A stretch of 64,000 nt of DNA, from the NCBI GenBank assembly GCA_051294905.1, contig CM119372.1, positions 19,160,001 through 19,224,000 of the forward strand, read 5' to 3'. The DNA is from Botryllus schlosseri (Eukaryota). Shown piece after piece: positions 40,257 to 52,650 of this stretch. Position numbers and translations under genes: made by a program. Position 1 is the first letter of the stretch. Each line of letters begins with the position of its first letter. A model generated the notes under the pieces. It was not told where the DNA came from. It worked only from the letters and a program-made list of their open reading frames with translations, and ran no database searches.

Positions 40257-41271
40257 GTGATCAAATACTCGCTGTCTTTGTATCAGCAAGTGTTTTGAGA
40301 GTCATATATCCATTATTTCACTACTTAAATTGTAATCCTTTTCATACACTGCATACCATGTTAATAATCTCTTGGTGATTACTTGCGCGTGAACGTAGCT
40401 ATTAGGAAATATCGATCCTTTCCAAACCACTTATTTATTACCTTTACAATTAATATCAAATTAGCCACACATTTGAAAAATTGCTCGCAACGCGATAGCT
40501 CACTGCATAATCATGACCTAGCTTCCTACATTTTAAGACTGTGGAAATCTAGGTCTTCACCTATAAGAAGCCAGAGTAAGCAATCTAAGCACACATAAAA
40601 TGCAAAAATATCAAATCGCATTCTCCGAATTTGAAATTCAAAGTCCTAAAAAATCCGCCTGGTGAATTTCGAATTCTTATTCCGAAGAAACCTACATAAT
40701 CCTTCTAATTCCTTCATATTTCAGTGGAAAATCCTGCTACAATCCCAATTTCCAAGCAAATTCGAAATCCGGATCCAGTTAGGATTTATATATAAAATCG
40801 ATGAAATCCTGATTCTTCTTTACCAGATCACTTCCACTTTAGGCTCTCCCTCGCCATCTGATCCAAGTGAGCGGTGTCTCAAAAAAGTCAAGATATACGG
40901 GCCGAGCTACAAGTCAGCAAATACGTAATCATAATAAGGAGTGTCGGCATGGTGTAAATGACCATTGGTGTCAACAAACACTATGAATACCACAAAACAA
41001 CAAACAAACCTATGTTTGCAGAGGAAATGTGAACCTCATGATCACCCGCAACATGGTCACAAAGTGCAATGAAATCGGTATGGTCGTAAAAAAATACCCG
41101 AGTATCTTTAGTGTGATGGATAATAGGCATTACATTCTTTGTGGTGGCGTAAAAGGTACATATTTGAAATTTGACATATTACATTCTGTTATGACGTCAT
41201 AATAAGTGATACTCCAACTCGAATAGCATATTACGTGATTCAGAATCGAATCACTCAGGTAGGCCCTACTT

Positions 41272-42756
41272 CAGCGGTTCTCAACCGGGGGTCCGCGGAC
41301 CCCTAGGGGTCCGCGAAGCAATTTCAGGGGGTCCGCGAGACCTCCAAATTTTTAGTATGGTTGGTATTCTAATTTTCATTTTTTTATTTGAGAAAGCATG
41401 AGGCAGTTTCGCACAACAACTGCTAAAACCTCATGACTCATATCATCGTAATAATCGTCTGACATGATCCTAGTGTGGAAATTCATCTTCATAGCCAATT
41501 TCCCATTAACCTGCTGATGCAAACATTTGCTGTTTAGAGACGTTTTGTTGGGGTTTGTGGAAAAAGTAAGAATATGGAGATAGTAACGTCAATCAGGGTG
41601 ACTTCGAAATGTCTGCGAAACCTTCTCGATTTGAAGTTGTCAGTCTCATCAAATTAGTGAACAGTCGTTTGAAATAAAAGGTTCCGGATTATTTCACTAA
41701 TTTGTCCCAATGCAGGGATCGAAACCTCGCCCCAAAACCCATTTTATCCTGTGATATACATAACCATTATTTGAACAGCTTCTTGGAGGCACAGAATTTC
41801 AATATACAATTGAATAGTATATTCATTATTCATATTGAAATGAACCCGAATATTTTTGGCTGAAAGCCGTCATAAATCGGACAATGGTATACATGCTCCT
41901 AAAGCTGGGCTATCAGATTTGGCGCATTCTGATTGCGGATCCCCTATCGACAAGGCTCTTTTTTTGATGAACAAGGAGTGTTTCGTTGCTATCAAAGCAT
42001 TACGCTCCAACCCTGAGATTCATGTCACCAGTTACATTGGTATGCAGCAGCCTTGTCCTGTTAATGTTCAATTGTTCATGGTCGAAAATGTTCGCTCGTA
42101 AATATATATGTAAAACCGAACAGAACAAGTAGTTTCATGACAGTCTTTCTCAGGTTGGAAAACTTGGATCCATTCTTTGGCGCATAAAATTTGTCTATAC
42201 TTTTAGATTAGGATTTTACCTTGACCTCGGAAACTCTCTACGGGCCGATCAAAATGCCGTCGCGGGCCGAATCCGGCCCGCGGTCTATTGCCCGTCCCTG
42301 CGCTAGATGCTGGACGTGATATGTTTATAAAATATATGTTTCTTCATTTTGATGCCATAAATGTTGCGATCGCACCAAAAGTATCGTCGAAGCGTTATGC
42401 GTTAATATTGCATTAGCCCCCATCTATCTTTGCGGAAATGGTTTTCGGCACTCCTCGTTCATATCAAAACGAAGACGCGAATTTTCAAGACACGACCACG
42501 TACTTCAAGAAATACAGCAGCAAAATTAGCTTTGAAATAATAGAAGTCTACCAATTTCTACATAAATAGTATGATGTTATTTGCATGAAAAATCATTATT
42601 TTGCTATTCATCACAAGCCTACAGTTCATATTTGCACAAGACAGATATGAAGGTTGCACCATAATAGAGCTAAAATTGAACTAAAACTTCAGGGGTCCGC
42701 GAGAGTCCGTGACGGTCAAAAGGGGTCCGCGAAGCCAAAAAGGTTGAGAACCACTG
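41272..42756. mobile_element. Charlie-like hAT element in intron 1 of the coiled-coil gene, containing a probable PLE fragment (~41860-42030)
   Basis: CAGCGGTTCTCAACC TIR; 8-bp TSD CCCTACTT. LSDLAHSDCGSPID...ECFVAIKALRSNPEIHVT resembles the Penelope pre-RT region. Confidence 0.85.
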
Positions 42757-43141
42757 CCCTACTTGATGTTGCCCAACAGCCTTTCTTATAATATCTTCGA
42801 ATATTTGTGTCTGGCCTAATTTCGAGGAAATCGTGATTACTTTTCCATGCAATCGTAATCGACTATTGCAAGATCCTGCTGCAGTCGTATTCTGTCTTGA
42901 TCGTAATCGTGATCGATTGCATTGGTACAGTAATTGCCCAATGTCTGATCGGTGTCATATCGCTGGTCAACCCCTTGTTGTAGTAATGTGCTGAAATAAG
43001 GATGGTAAGTCTCTTTATGTCATTTTAATACCATTCAGCATTATTTCGTGATATTTCAAAAATTTTAAAGTTCGGTTTTCAAGTACAGCTTGTTCTAATT
43101 TTAATTAATTCAACTAATCAATTACTTTTTCAATTTACTAG

Positions 43142-43296
43142 ATGCAAGAAACTAACTGCAGAGAAGGATTTGCAATTGAGGAGCATCGAAATGAGTATGT
43201 TGCTTCTCGAAGAAGGGATAAAGAATGAACGTGCACGAATCGTTAAAATATTAACGCGGCAATCTCATCAACTCAAGCAGCAGCAGACTAAAATAG
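43142..43296 (+). CDS. Coiled-coil protein exon 2 (CKKLTAEKDLQLRSIEMSMLLLEEGIKNERARIVKILTRQSHQLKQQQTKI)
   Basis: TTTACTAG acceptor, G|GTATTG donor, heptad-like L/I/E/K/Q pattern, phase 2/1. Confidence 0.75.
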
Positions 43297-43368
43297 GTAT
43301 TGGCTGTAGTTGTGCAATTTACTCTTTCGATGATCCCTTTCTTGACAAACGCAATTCTTCATTTTCAG

Positions 43369-43420
43369 AAACGCTTTCCTCCGCAAATCAGAAACTTGTA
43401 GCAGCCATGATGGTGTTAAG
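43369..43420 (+). CDS. Coiled-coil protein exon 3 (ETLSSANQKLVAAMMVLR)
   Basis: ATTTTCAG acceptor after a 72-nt intron, AG|GTGAAT donor, phase 1/2. Confidence 0.7.
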
Positions 43421-44056
43421 GTGAATTAAGTCTTAATTAGCATTGATTTTAGGGTGCTGTGCGACTTGTTCACGGAAATCGATTGTTATCAAATCCTGAA
43501 TAACTAATTATTATTGTGTGAGGTTGTGAAGCGCATATGTAAATCCTTAACCATGTCACACAACGAAGAAACTGAAGGTATAATAGGTTTATGAATATAT
43601 TTTCTTACACTTCTTAATTTTATGCAAATATATCCGTATTTGACGTGGATTTCTCAATGACGTCAGCGACGAGTCGAACATTGCAGTAAATGACCCCTTC
43701 GTAATCTTTAAAACATGACGTCATAATATGCGTATCATTATGGATAGCGACTTACATTTGACCAGAGTGGAAATGCAAAATTTAATATTTTTCATAATGC
43801 TGCCAGCAAAATAATTTGAAAACGAATATATTGATACGTATCAGCTATGTCATTATAGTCCTAAAATAAAACAAAATCGCTTAGAATATATGTGGCGTTA
43901 TTCAGCTGCACACTGCGCAGCTACTCAGAATACCGAAAGAGAGCCATCAATGGCTAAATATAGGCTACTTCTCAGTAGATAATGCATTGGACTTCCAATA
44001 TAGGTGCTATCGTGCATTCTGCATTACTAACGTTCACAAGACATACTGTTCTTCAG

Positions 44057-44363
44057 ATACAAGAAACCGGTAAAATACTCATCAGTCAAAAATAGAGATG
44101 AGAAACGCAATGATTCCGCAAGTCCAAAGCATTCACGTACGCTCGAAAAGAAGGAACGGAGTAAGGCACCGAGAACTCATCCAATCGAAATCAACGGCAG
44201 CGATTTAATCGCATGCCGCGCGAAATCGTACGCTGATCAGCATGTTGAACGATCGATATCGGAACGAAGCCCGAGAGAATCTTCATCTGGTCAAAAGGAA
44301 AAGAAAAACAAGGCCCATAGATCACATAGCCTTCCGCAAGGTACTCGTACCATCATGCTATAA
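44057..44363 (+). CDS. Coiled-coil protein last exon: basic/Ser-rich disordered tail (YKKPVKYSS...RSHSLPQGTRTIML*)
   Basis: TTCTTCAG acceptor; the phase-2 frame stays open to TAA at 44361-44363; joined CDS is 582 nt. Confidence 0.7.
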
Positions 44364-45662
44364 ATGCGCATGCTGTGCGGAGTGCAGAAGGCGCTATAGA
44401 GCGGATAAAGAAAGTATAGCCTACGTGAGGGATTGGTATTGAGAAGTGTTCGTATACGAACAATGTAAAATCGTAGGTATGCGTGCCAAGAGTTTACTGT
44501 CTTCCTGCATCCTTGAGTCTTTAAAAGTACTTCTCGGAGAGATTTATCTGTTTGCTTCCATTCTTGTGTTCGTCCTACTTTTTGTCACTGTGTAATTTAC
44601 TTTGCAATATTTACAAAACACGAATGAAATCTGAGTATATAGTCAAATGTCTGCAGAAGAACAGAGTTTGAATCTATATATTTGAAATTGAATACGTCTT
44701 AGGTCAATTTTTCGAGCTAATCAAATCCTGCTGTGAAACTAGTGTTTCACAACTAAACAGCAGAAAATTTGAACAGAACATAGCAAGGTCCGGCAACAGA
44801 GGTGGTCAGTAAAGAAGTATGCTTCTACAATTTTGGAGTAGGTTTTGCCAACTAACACTACTTACTCAATTATTATGATTGCATACTACTTGTACTTCTA
44901 CGTATAGGCCTGGACCTAAAATATGTAGAATTGTGATAGATACTTTACTTTCGGACCTGGTTACAACGCACAGATAACCAGGTAACCGCACCACCCTCAC
45001 ACACTAACAGTATTACAGGACTGGGTAACACACGGGCGGATATGGCCCGCCAGACCACTGAAACTATATAAACAGACGATTTGATCCGGACATGATATTC
45101 CTTTTCGCCTGCACCATCGAAATGCTTTGACGACGGAGATGCGACACGACCGTGAGGTCACCTAGTCTGCACCCCCGTTTTTTCTCCTCCATGCTCATCC
45201 GTGGTTGCTGGGCGCGTAGCAGGGTAGCTGCGGATACCAATTTTCAAGTCTTTGGTATGACCCGGCCAGGAATCGAACCCATGCCCTACCGCAGGGTTGT
45301 AATGACTCGAGTCATGACTCGACTCGAGTCAGACTCGAGTCACGTTTTTTTTGTGACTCGACTTGACTCGAGTCATTTTCTTGAAATGGGAAAATGACTC
45401 GACTCGACTCGAGTCAATATTTGGATTGACTCGACTTGTACTCGAGTCATTACGCATGACTCGACCCAAGTCAACGACTCGGCTTATTTTATATGACTTG
45501 AGGATGAATAAATTTGCGAATCGTAATGGCTAGTTCAACACATCTGACGAATTCTGCCGACATCGCTATTTGTCACCACTGCTTTCGTTGCACTCGTCTG
45601 ATATCAGATATGCCGCCGCAAAAACAAGAGACAATGGTACCATAGTGTCCTATATTATAGAT

Positions 45663-47327
45663 CAGGGGTCACCAACCCGGTGCCCGCGGGCACCAGGTAG
45701 CCCGCGAGGACTCGATGAGTAGCCCGCGAGCCCATTCCAAAAAAAGGTGGAATAGCAGCATTCACCAATATTCGTCAGATTATTACCAGTGAGCTTTAGA
45801 TATATATATAGATTGATTGATTCAGCTATTCTTGTTTAAAACACACTAACATGTAACTTACATATATAAACACTTAAAAATATATTCAATTACAATTAGT
45901 AATATATGGATGTATGTAATAGAATCACCAGAAATTCAAGATACGGCGCATTGCTTATACAGACGAGATGACGGAATGCCGTTCACGGTCTTCTCGAAAT
46001 GGTGAGGGGTTCCGTTACGATATAGCTCGACGACCAGGACAATGTCAAAGTAGTAAACAGTATTACCATAGTGTCCTATATGGTGTCGACACAAACAAAT
46101 CTCACGGCTCAGTGAAATTGGTTCACGTCACAGTTTCCACTTGGCTACAGGCAATTGGACGGTCATTTTTGACCGGCTTGCCGAGCATTAAATTTGGTAG
46201 AATGGGTATCAATCGAAAGCTGACTCGGCACTGATTACGAAAATATAAATTTTATTCCGCTTGCGGACCTGGAACCCCCACAATAAGCCTCGAATTTTTC
46301 ATTGTTATGGAGATTGGCATTGAGACGCAACAATGCTGTCTGGCTCCCTTTTTCTTGAGCACCTGTCTCGTTTCGCTAGACAGCATTGTTGCGTCCCAAT
46401 GCCAATCTCCATAACAATGAAAAATTAGAGGCTGATTGTGGGGGTTCCAGGGCCGCGAGCGGAATAAAATTTATATTTTCGTAATCAGTACGGCGGCAGT
46501 TTTCGATTGATACCCGTTTTATCAAATTTGATGCTCGGCAAGTCGGTCAAAAATTACCGTCAAATTGCCTTCAGCCGAATGGAAAGTGTGACGTGAACCA
46601 ATTTCACTGAGCCGTGAGATTTGCTTGTGTCGACACCATATAGGACACTATGGTATTACTATTCGAAGTCAGATAGCCGTGAAGTACTAGCAGATTTTCA
46701 ATATCTGTAGGCTATACCCATTGCGTATTGCATCTTTTGGCACAGCTTGTTTCTGTTACACTCAACGCAGTTTAATATACCATGTTTCTAACTTTCTGTA
46801 TTCGTTGCTGCTGTCCGGTATAATGAAATCTTGTCATTTCTGGATGCTGAACAGTTGGAGATTGAAATTCTAACACTGCAAAATGACCCCCACCTCGGTC
46901 TGCAGCAAATGTTTCGTGTCTTGTTGATACGGAAAAGTACAGTGGTGTATGCGCAGCAGCTATGAAGGTTGCAAGCGTCTATGGTTCGACTTATCGTTGT
47001 GAATCAGCCTTTTCGGACATTAACTTCATCAAAAACAAACACAAAACACGCTTAATTAATGCACATCTGGAACTCTCGCTCAGAATTGCAGTGTCAACGT
47101 AAATACCAGAGTACAGCGCACTAGTTGATATCATACAATGCCAGGCTTCCCACTGGCTACTATAGAAACAGATAACATGATGCCCACTGTCCAGTCATGC
47201 CCGGTGCTATGAATATCAAAGCGGAAATTCAGTGTGGTGCGAGTAAACGGCGGGAGTAAATAGTAGCCCGCCGCTTCAATCATTACGCAAAAGTAGCCCT
47301 CGGTTGGAAAAAGGTTGGTGACCCCTG
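45663..47327 (+). mobile_element. Charlie/SPIN-like hAT with a transposase C-terminal remnant (~46930-47155)
   Basis: TIR CAGGGGTCACCAACC; TSD TTATAGAT; translation MKVASVYGSTYRCESAFSDINFIKNKHKTRL..HLELSLRIAVS...QCQASH. Confidence 0.88.
46067..46652. mobile_element. Foldback element, P/Galileo-like
   Basis: ~280-bp inverted arms starting CATAGTGTCCTATATGG; 7-bp TSD GTATTAC. Confidence 0.85.
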
Positions 47328-47829
47328 TTATAGATAGATAACTAACCTACGTAGGTTAGTTATCTATACCTATATGGTGTCGACACAACCAAATCTCACG
47401 CCTCAGAAATTGATTCACGTCACAATTTGGATTTGGCTACAGGCAATTTGAAGGTCATTTTTGACCGGATTGGCGAGCATTGAATATGGTAAAACGAGTA
47501 TCAATCGAAAGCTGACTCTGCACTGATTACGAAAATATAAATGTTATTCCGCTCGTGGCCCTGGAACCCCCATAATCAGCCTCTAATTTTTCATTGTTAT
47601 GGAGATCGGCATTGGGACGCAATAATGCTGTCTGGCTCTTTTGCTCTTGAGCTACTCTCTCGTTTCGCCAGACAGCATTGTTGCGTCCCAATGCCAATCA
47701 GGGTAGTACCAAGACCAACTACCAACCCTGCTCTCTCTCTCACTCTACAACCATGCAATTAGGCACACTATCACTGTCAATTACTTGCGCGCATTAGTGG
47801 AAGCATTGAAAAATTATATTTTAAAGCGT

Positions 47830-48476
47830 TTTGCAGGAGTGTTTGTAAATGTGAACACGATCACAACTGATAAGTCTTTGGATCGGCCTATCGGTAATCC
47901 CAAACCGTTTGGTGAAACCAACTCCTTCACATCATGAGTGTTCGATCCGAAATTTGCTTTCCATTAGATTATGGATCTAAATTGCTCAGAACAATCCCGA
48001 ATTGCACTGCGGCAGAAAATAATCGAGTTGATGATGACTGAGGCTGACACTCATTCATACAGGATCACCAGCCAAGGTACAAAATAATTTGACGAAGAGG
48101 TACTAGATCCTCCACAATCAAAGTATTTAAGACTTTTCAATTATACAAGCAAACAATCGAAGCAAAGTTCAATTAGAGCCAACCTAATGACTCAGATAGT
48201 CAAGAGACTGATACACGTGTGTAGATTTGATGATGCTAGATGTGTAGATTTGAAAGCGATGATTCTTTGCATTTTTGGGCGTCTCGAAAGAATGAGTATC
48301 CTATGCTCTTCAGTGCGGTTCAAAAATGCTTATCAATTCCTGTATCTAGTGCACCAGTGGAACGTGTATTCAGTAGAGGTGGATTTATTCTAAGGCCATG
48401 CCGCTCTACTATATCTGAGGATATCCTTTCCACTTTGGTATTCGTATTTTTAAAGTGTAACTCATCATTGATGTGA
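47830..48476 (+). pseudogene. hAT transposase C-terminal dimerisation-domain remnant
   Basis: LHFWASRKNEYPMLFSAVQKCLSIPVSSAPVERVFSRGGFILRPCRSTIS; upstream part frameshifted. Confidence 0.85.
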
Positions 48477-51400
48477 TCTGCTGTCTGTGAAAACACACAA
48501 TACTCTCTGTCTAATTGAGGTTTTGTTAGGTATGTGCATTTTGCACGTGAGTAATAATGAATGGCTAATGCTGCGTGATGTTTGTAGGATAGGACTGTTC
48601 AAAAGTAACTTATTTTTTATTGTACTCGGTGGCTACTTGATGAAATTGTTACGTTGCATAAAAAGAATATTGAATCTGGCTCAATTTTAAAAAGTAGAAT
48701 CAATGATATGATAGGAGAAAATTTTGGATTTGAAAAAAAATGAAGTATTTTTAGTGAGAGATTCTTTTATATAATATAATTACATACTAGTAGTAAGCCG
48801 ACTATTTTTTCATATCCAAAGTATTCTACTCTAAAAACTTTATTTCTTCTAGTTGGAATTTGCTATGAATCATATTTTTACACAATGTAACAATATCATG
48901 AGATAGTCGGTAAAATTCGAGAATCTCTATTTGTAATTAATCTAAAATTTTATTTCATAGCATTGCTTTCTACTGGTTGGAATTGAGCCAAATTTGTTTT
49001 TTTTAGGCAATCTAACTATTTTAAGAAGTAGCCGGAAAACTTGAAAAATGTTTTTGAACAGCCTCATTGTACAATTATTTCTCCAATGCTGTAACTGCGA
49101 TGTAGTCTGTAATGCAATTGGGAAAACCTTAAGTAGACCTAATATCAAAAGGTATCTACTTTTTGTCACTGCACAATGCACATAGCTGCATGCACGCTTT
49201 TACAGCATGCTGGCTTGGTGTAAATATACCTCCACATAAACATGCATCTGTTGATTTTCTATCAGCTGGTATCTTGACGTGAACTCGTTGGTTCCCTATC
49301 AGCAATTTCTGAGCTATCGTCGATGTGCTTATCATAAAAACTGAATGCTTGAATTGGTGATCGATGTATCAGACTGACAAGACAGAAATTTGATTTTACG
49401 TTCTAACTTAGTGTATTTATCTCTAGCATCGGTAAATGAGGCCAGGACCTGTCCGTTAACTGCCTCAATAAACACGTCCCAAAACTCTGATGGGGACAAA
49501 ATGAGCATGTTTGGCTTAAGCTAGGAATTTGATATCACGCAAGCAGGATTGAAAACATGAGCTGAACATGACTTCAATACTGTGACTTGGACTCGACTCC
49601 AGTCATAACACTATGACTCGGACTTGACCCTTCAAACGGTGACTTGGACTCGGACTCGAGTCGGTGATGAATTGAAAATGACTCGACTTGACTCGAGTCA
49701 AAACCACAAAAGTAAGATTGACTCGTGACTAGGAACCATGTGACTTGGTTACAAACCTGCCCTACCGATCGAGAAGCCGGACGCATCACCATTACACTAT
49801 CTCGCAGCAACATGTCCGTCGCAGACCCTATACTGTGACGCCATATCGACATACAATGTGTTCATACCTCATTGTAAATCCCGCAATTGGGCGTTAAAGA
49901 ATGTCCATAATTTGAGTCACAAAAATATGGTAACCCTAATCTAGCAGCACATGGCATGCCCTAATCTCTAAAAACGGTCCTCATCGACTTTTGAGCGTTA
50001 GATCCTAATTTACCAAACCATCGTTGAATATTTGTGGACAAAAGACATGAAATATATTTTGCGATCTGTTCACAACAGTATTTGGATTTCTTTTTATACA
50101 GCATATCATTACTTTAAGTTCTTTTGTCTGGAACAAATGCTGCTTGAAGTTCAAAACTAATTGCCTCTATTTCCCGGAAGTAGAATAGAATGTAAATGGA
50201 ATTTTATCATGCAGTATCCGATACAACTTCTCCGTAGTTACATTTTCTTAATTACGGGCCTTATAACACTGGTGAGGCCGCCACTCCATGGCATTTTCTG
50301 AACCGAGGCGCTGGAGTAAATAAAAGTTAAGAACCACTATTCCATAACAAAACTATCACTGCATCCAAAGATGCATTTTAGTCCTTATGCTGTGGTAACT
50401 CGATATACCTCCCGTGATTTAGCAGTACAAACTCAGCTCTTCGCACCCTCCGCCTAGCTCAATGTCCGGCGTTTGACAATCTATGAGAGCGTATGAGCAG
50501 CTTGTCAACACTACTTACTTCTGAGTAAATTTAAAGCCAGCTAAATCTACTTCTACTTGAAGTAGTTTCGAGTTGTTTATTAACGCACTACTTCTACTCG
50601 TACTCGAGTAGAATTTTACGTCACTGCTTCTACTTCTACTTGACTACATTGACCACCTCTGGTGTTCACTGACTTCTCGCTTACCAAAAGCTATAGGAAT
50701 CGCTCGCACCTTACCAGAACAAACCACAATATAAAGGCTTGCAATCGGGATGGTTTTCTCTGTTCAGTGTTCATATAGTTTGTCCAGCGATTCTATGCAT
50801 TCCTGAGTTTGTGTTTCTAGCAGCAAATCCATTGCTCTATCCGTGCTAGGGTGTCTTTTAGACTATTACTGGGTCGTGCTACAAGTCAGTAACCACGGAA
50901 TAAAAATAAAGAAAAGTGGCCTGGTGTAAATGACCATAGTAGCCGAAAAACATCATAAATACCACAAAACACACATTACTCTATCTACGTTCCGAGATTG
51001 CATACGTTGATTGTTGATGATCATTACCAAGGAGTCGATTGTCATGATTAATTCATTAGGCTGTTGTCTGGATTACATCAGCTTACGAAAGACGAGATTT
51101 GCTTCGACGAGACATTCTTGTTAGATTTGGTATACATGAGTGGTTTCTGGAAGCGTTTGCATGTGCGTTTGGTAAACAGGCTGTGATGCAAATCGCAAGT
51201 TGAGGCTGCCATCTATCTAATCAGAATTTCATGAAAGTAGTCGCAGAAAGTTCTGTCACGTGATGCACAGATACCCAGGAGGAATGCGCTTCGTTAGGAT
51301 GTGAGGGATAATGCACGAGGCTGTACGTTTTTATTAATCACAGTTGTTATAGTGATTGTTAAACCAAACGGTTCGCACCCTTCATACGCTTTCACCCCTC

Positions 51401-51616
51401 CGTTATTTTCGCGCAATGAACAAGAGCTGATTTTGAACGTGCGGGACACTCGTCATCGCTATGTTGCAGTCATTCTTGTTAGCTTTGTTCAAATGTGCTA
51501 AAATGATTCGTATTTCATAGATCTGGTTATAAATACACTTCAAATTCATATTGTCTACAGAACGTCACGTATGTTTTCGTTAGCGTATCCTTCGGACATT
51601 TCAGCAGAATCACGTT

Positions 51617-51677
51617 ATGACTTTCGCTTGTCTAGTTCCGCGTACCACTGGCGCGTTGTTGAGCAGAAATGATCAGG
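51617..51677 (+). CDS. Kelch-repeat protein exon 1 (MTFACLVPRTTGALLSRNDQ-G)
   Basis: ATG at 51617 after an in-frame stop; strong G|GTAAGT donor; phase 1 fits exon 2. Confidence 0.5.
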
Positions 51678-52470
51678 GTAAGTGTTCGAAATTTTGTAAT
51701 ATAGTTTCACGACTTCTAACCATATGTAAGTAGGCGACAGCTTATTTACCGAATTCGCGGATCCGATAAACCAGTGGTACTACACCTTATATTTCCTCCG
51801 GCGCCTCTTTTCAAAAACACTCAGGTCTTCCCCCCTATATTTTAAGGACTATAATGGGGAAGTTATCGTAGTTTGGTCGGTCTTTTCGGGTTGGGACTTT
51901 ACTATTGGATATATTTTGCGCTTGAATCGCGCGCGATGACCACTCGACTAATCAACGATATAAAAATGTGCAATATTCGGGATCAAACAGCCATCGGTCA
52001 ACCATCTTGGTCAAAAATCTTCAAATCGTCTTCAATGTACAAAAGGGCCCTAACTCTTCGATTTCGAATCGCTGTGCGCTGCTGGATACTATCTCTAGTT
52101 CGAAACATTTTTTGGAAAATAACCCGAGTTAGCGTGACGGGAGTGTTTTAACGGAGAATTGGTGATCCGCGATGAATAATTTCAAGACTGCAGAGTTCCC
52201 ATGGGATATATAGAACTGCTGTTCTACTAAGACGTCATTTTTCTTCAGCGTCACCCATATCGCCCCCTGAGCGTTTCCGCCCCCTTGGAAATCCAAATCG
52301 CCCCTGGGGGACGCTGGAGCCCAGGTTGGTTACGGACCACTGCGTTAAACGGTGGTCGGCCGATCTTTACGTCCTGGCGCTGAGTGAAATACCAGTTTAT
52401 ATACAATCGCATTCGGTTCGCTCGCTTCTAGAATAGAATAAGAAATACTGAAACTAATGACGACTCGCAG

Positions 52471-52605
52471 GTCCTGGTCAGGAAGTTCTATATGTGCTTG
52501 GCAGAGGTCGCGATGGTTCGAACAAAGCTGGAGGCAATGTTCTCAAAAGTTACGACTTCGGTAAGAACAAATGGAGGATCGTGGACAAAAAAATGGGCCC
52601 GGAAG
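52471..52605 (+). CDS. Kelch-repeat protein exon 2 (GPGQEVLYVLGRGRDG...KSYDFGKNKWRIVDKKMGPE)
   Basis: CGCAG acceptor; LYVLG...YD....W kelch pattern; G|GTATTG donor. Confidence 0.65.
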
Positions 52606-52650
52606 GTATTGATATTCCCCTCTGTGCATTTTTAATGGAATAATGTATAT

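Larger units (their letters stand above)
45292..49759. mobile_element. hAT element (GACTCGAGTC family) with a transposase remnant
   Basis: 8-bp TSD CCCTACCG; TIR CAGGGTTGTAA. Confidence 0.9.
45070..49805 (-). mobile_element. tRNA-derived SINE family C (MetaSINE-like core), split by a hAT insertion
   Basis: Head at 49760-49805 and body at 45070-45291 match the intact copy at 61856-62095. Confidence 0.75.
44797..50661. mobile_element. CAGAGGTGGTCA-family element expanded by nested insertions
   Basis: Inverted ends as in 36107-37352; no TSD, so the pairing of these ends is inferred. Confidence 0.55.

Noticed and set aside
43523..43577. Extra exon of the coiled-coil gene
   Set aside because: It introduces stops in the phases tested, whereas the direct 43420-44057 splice is open.
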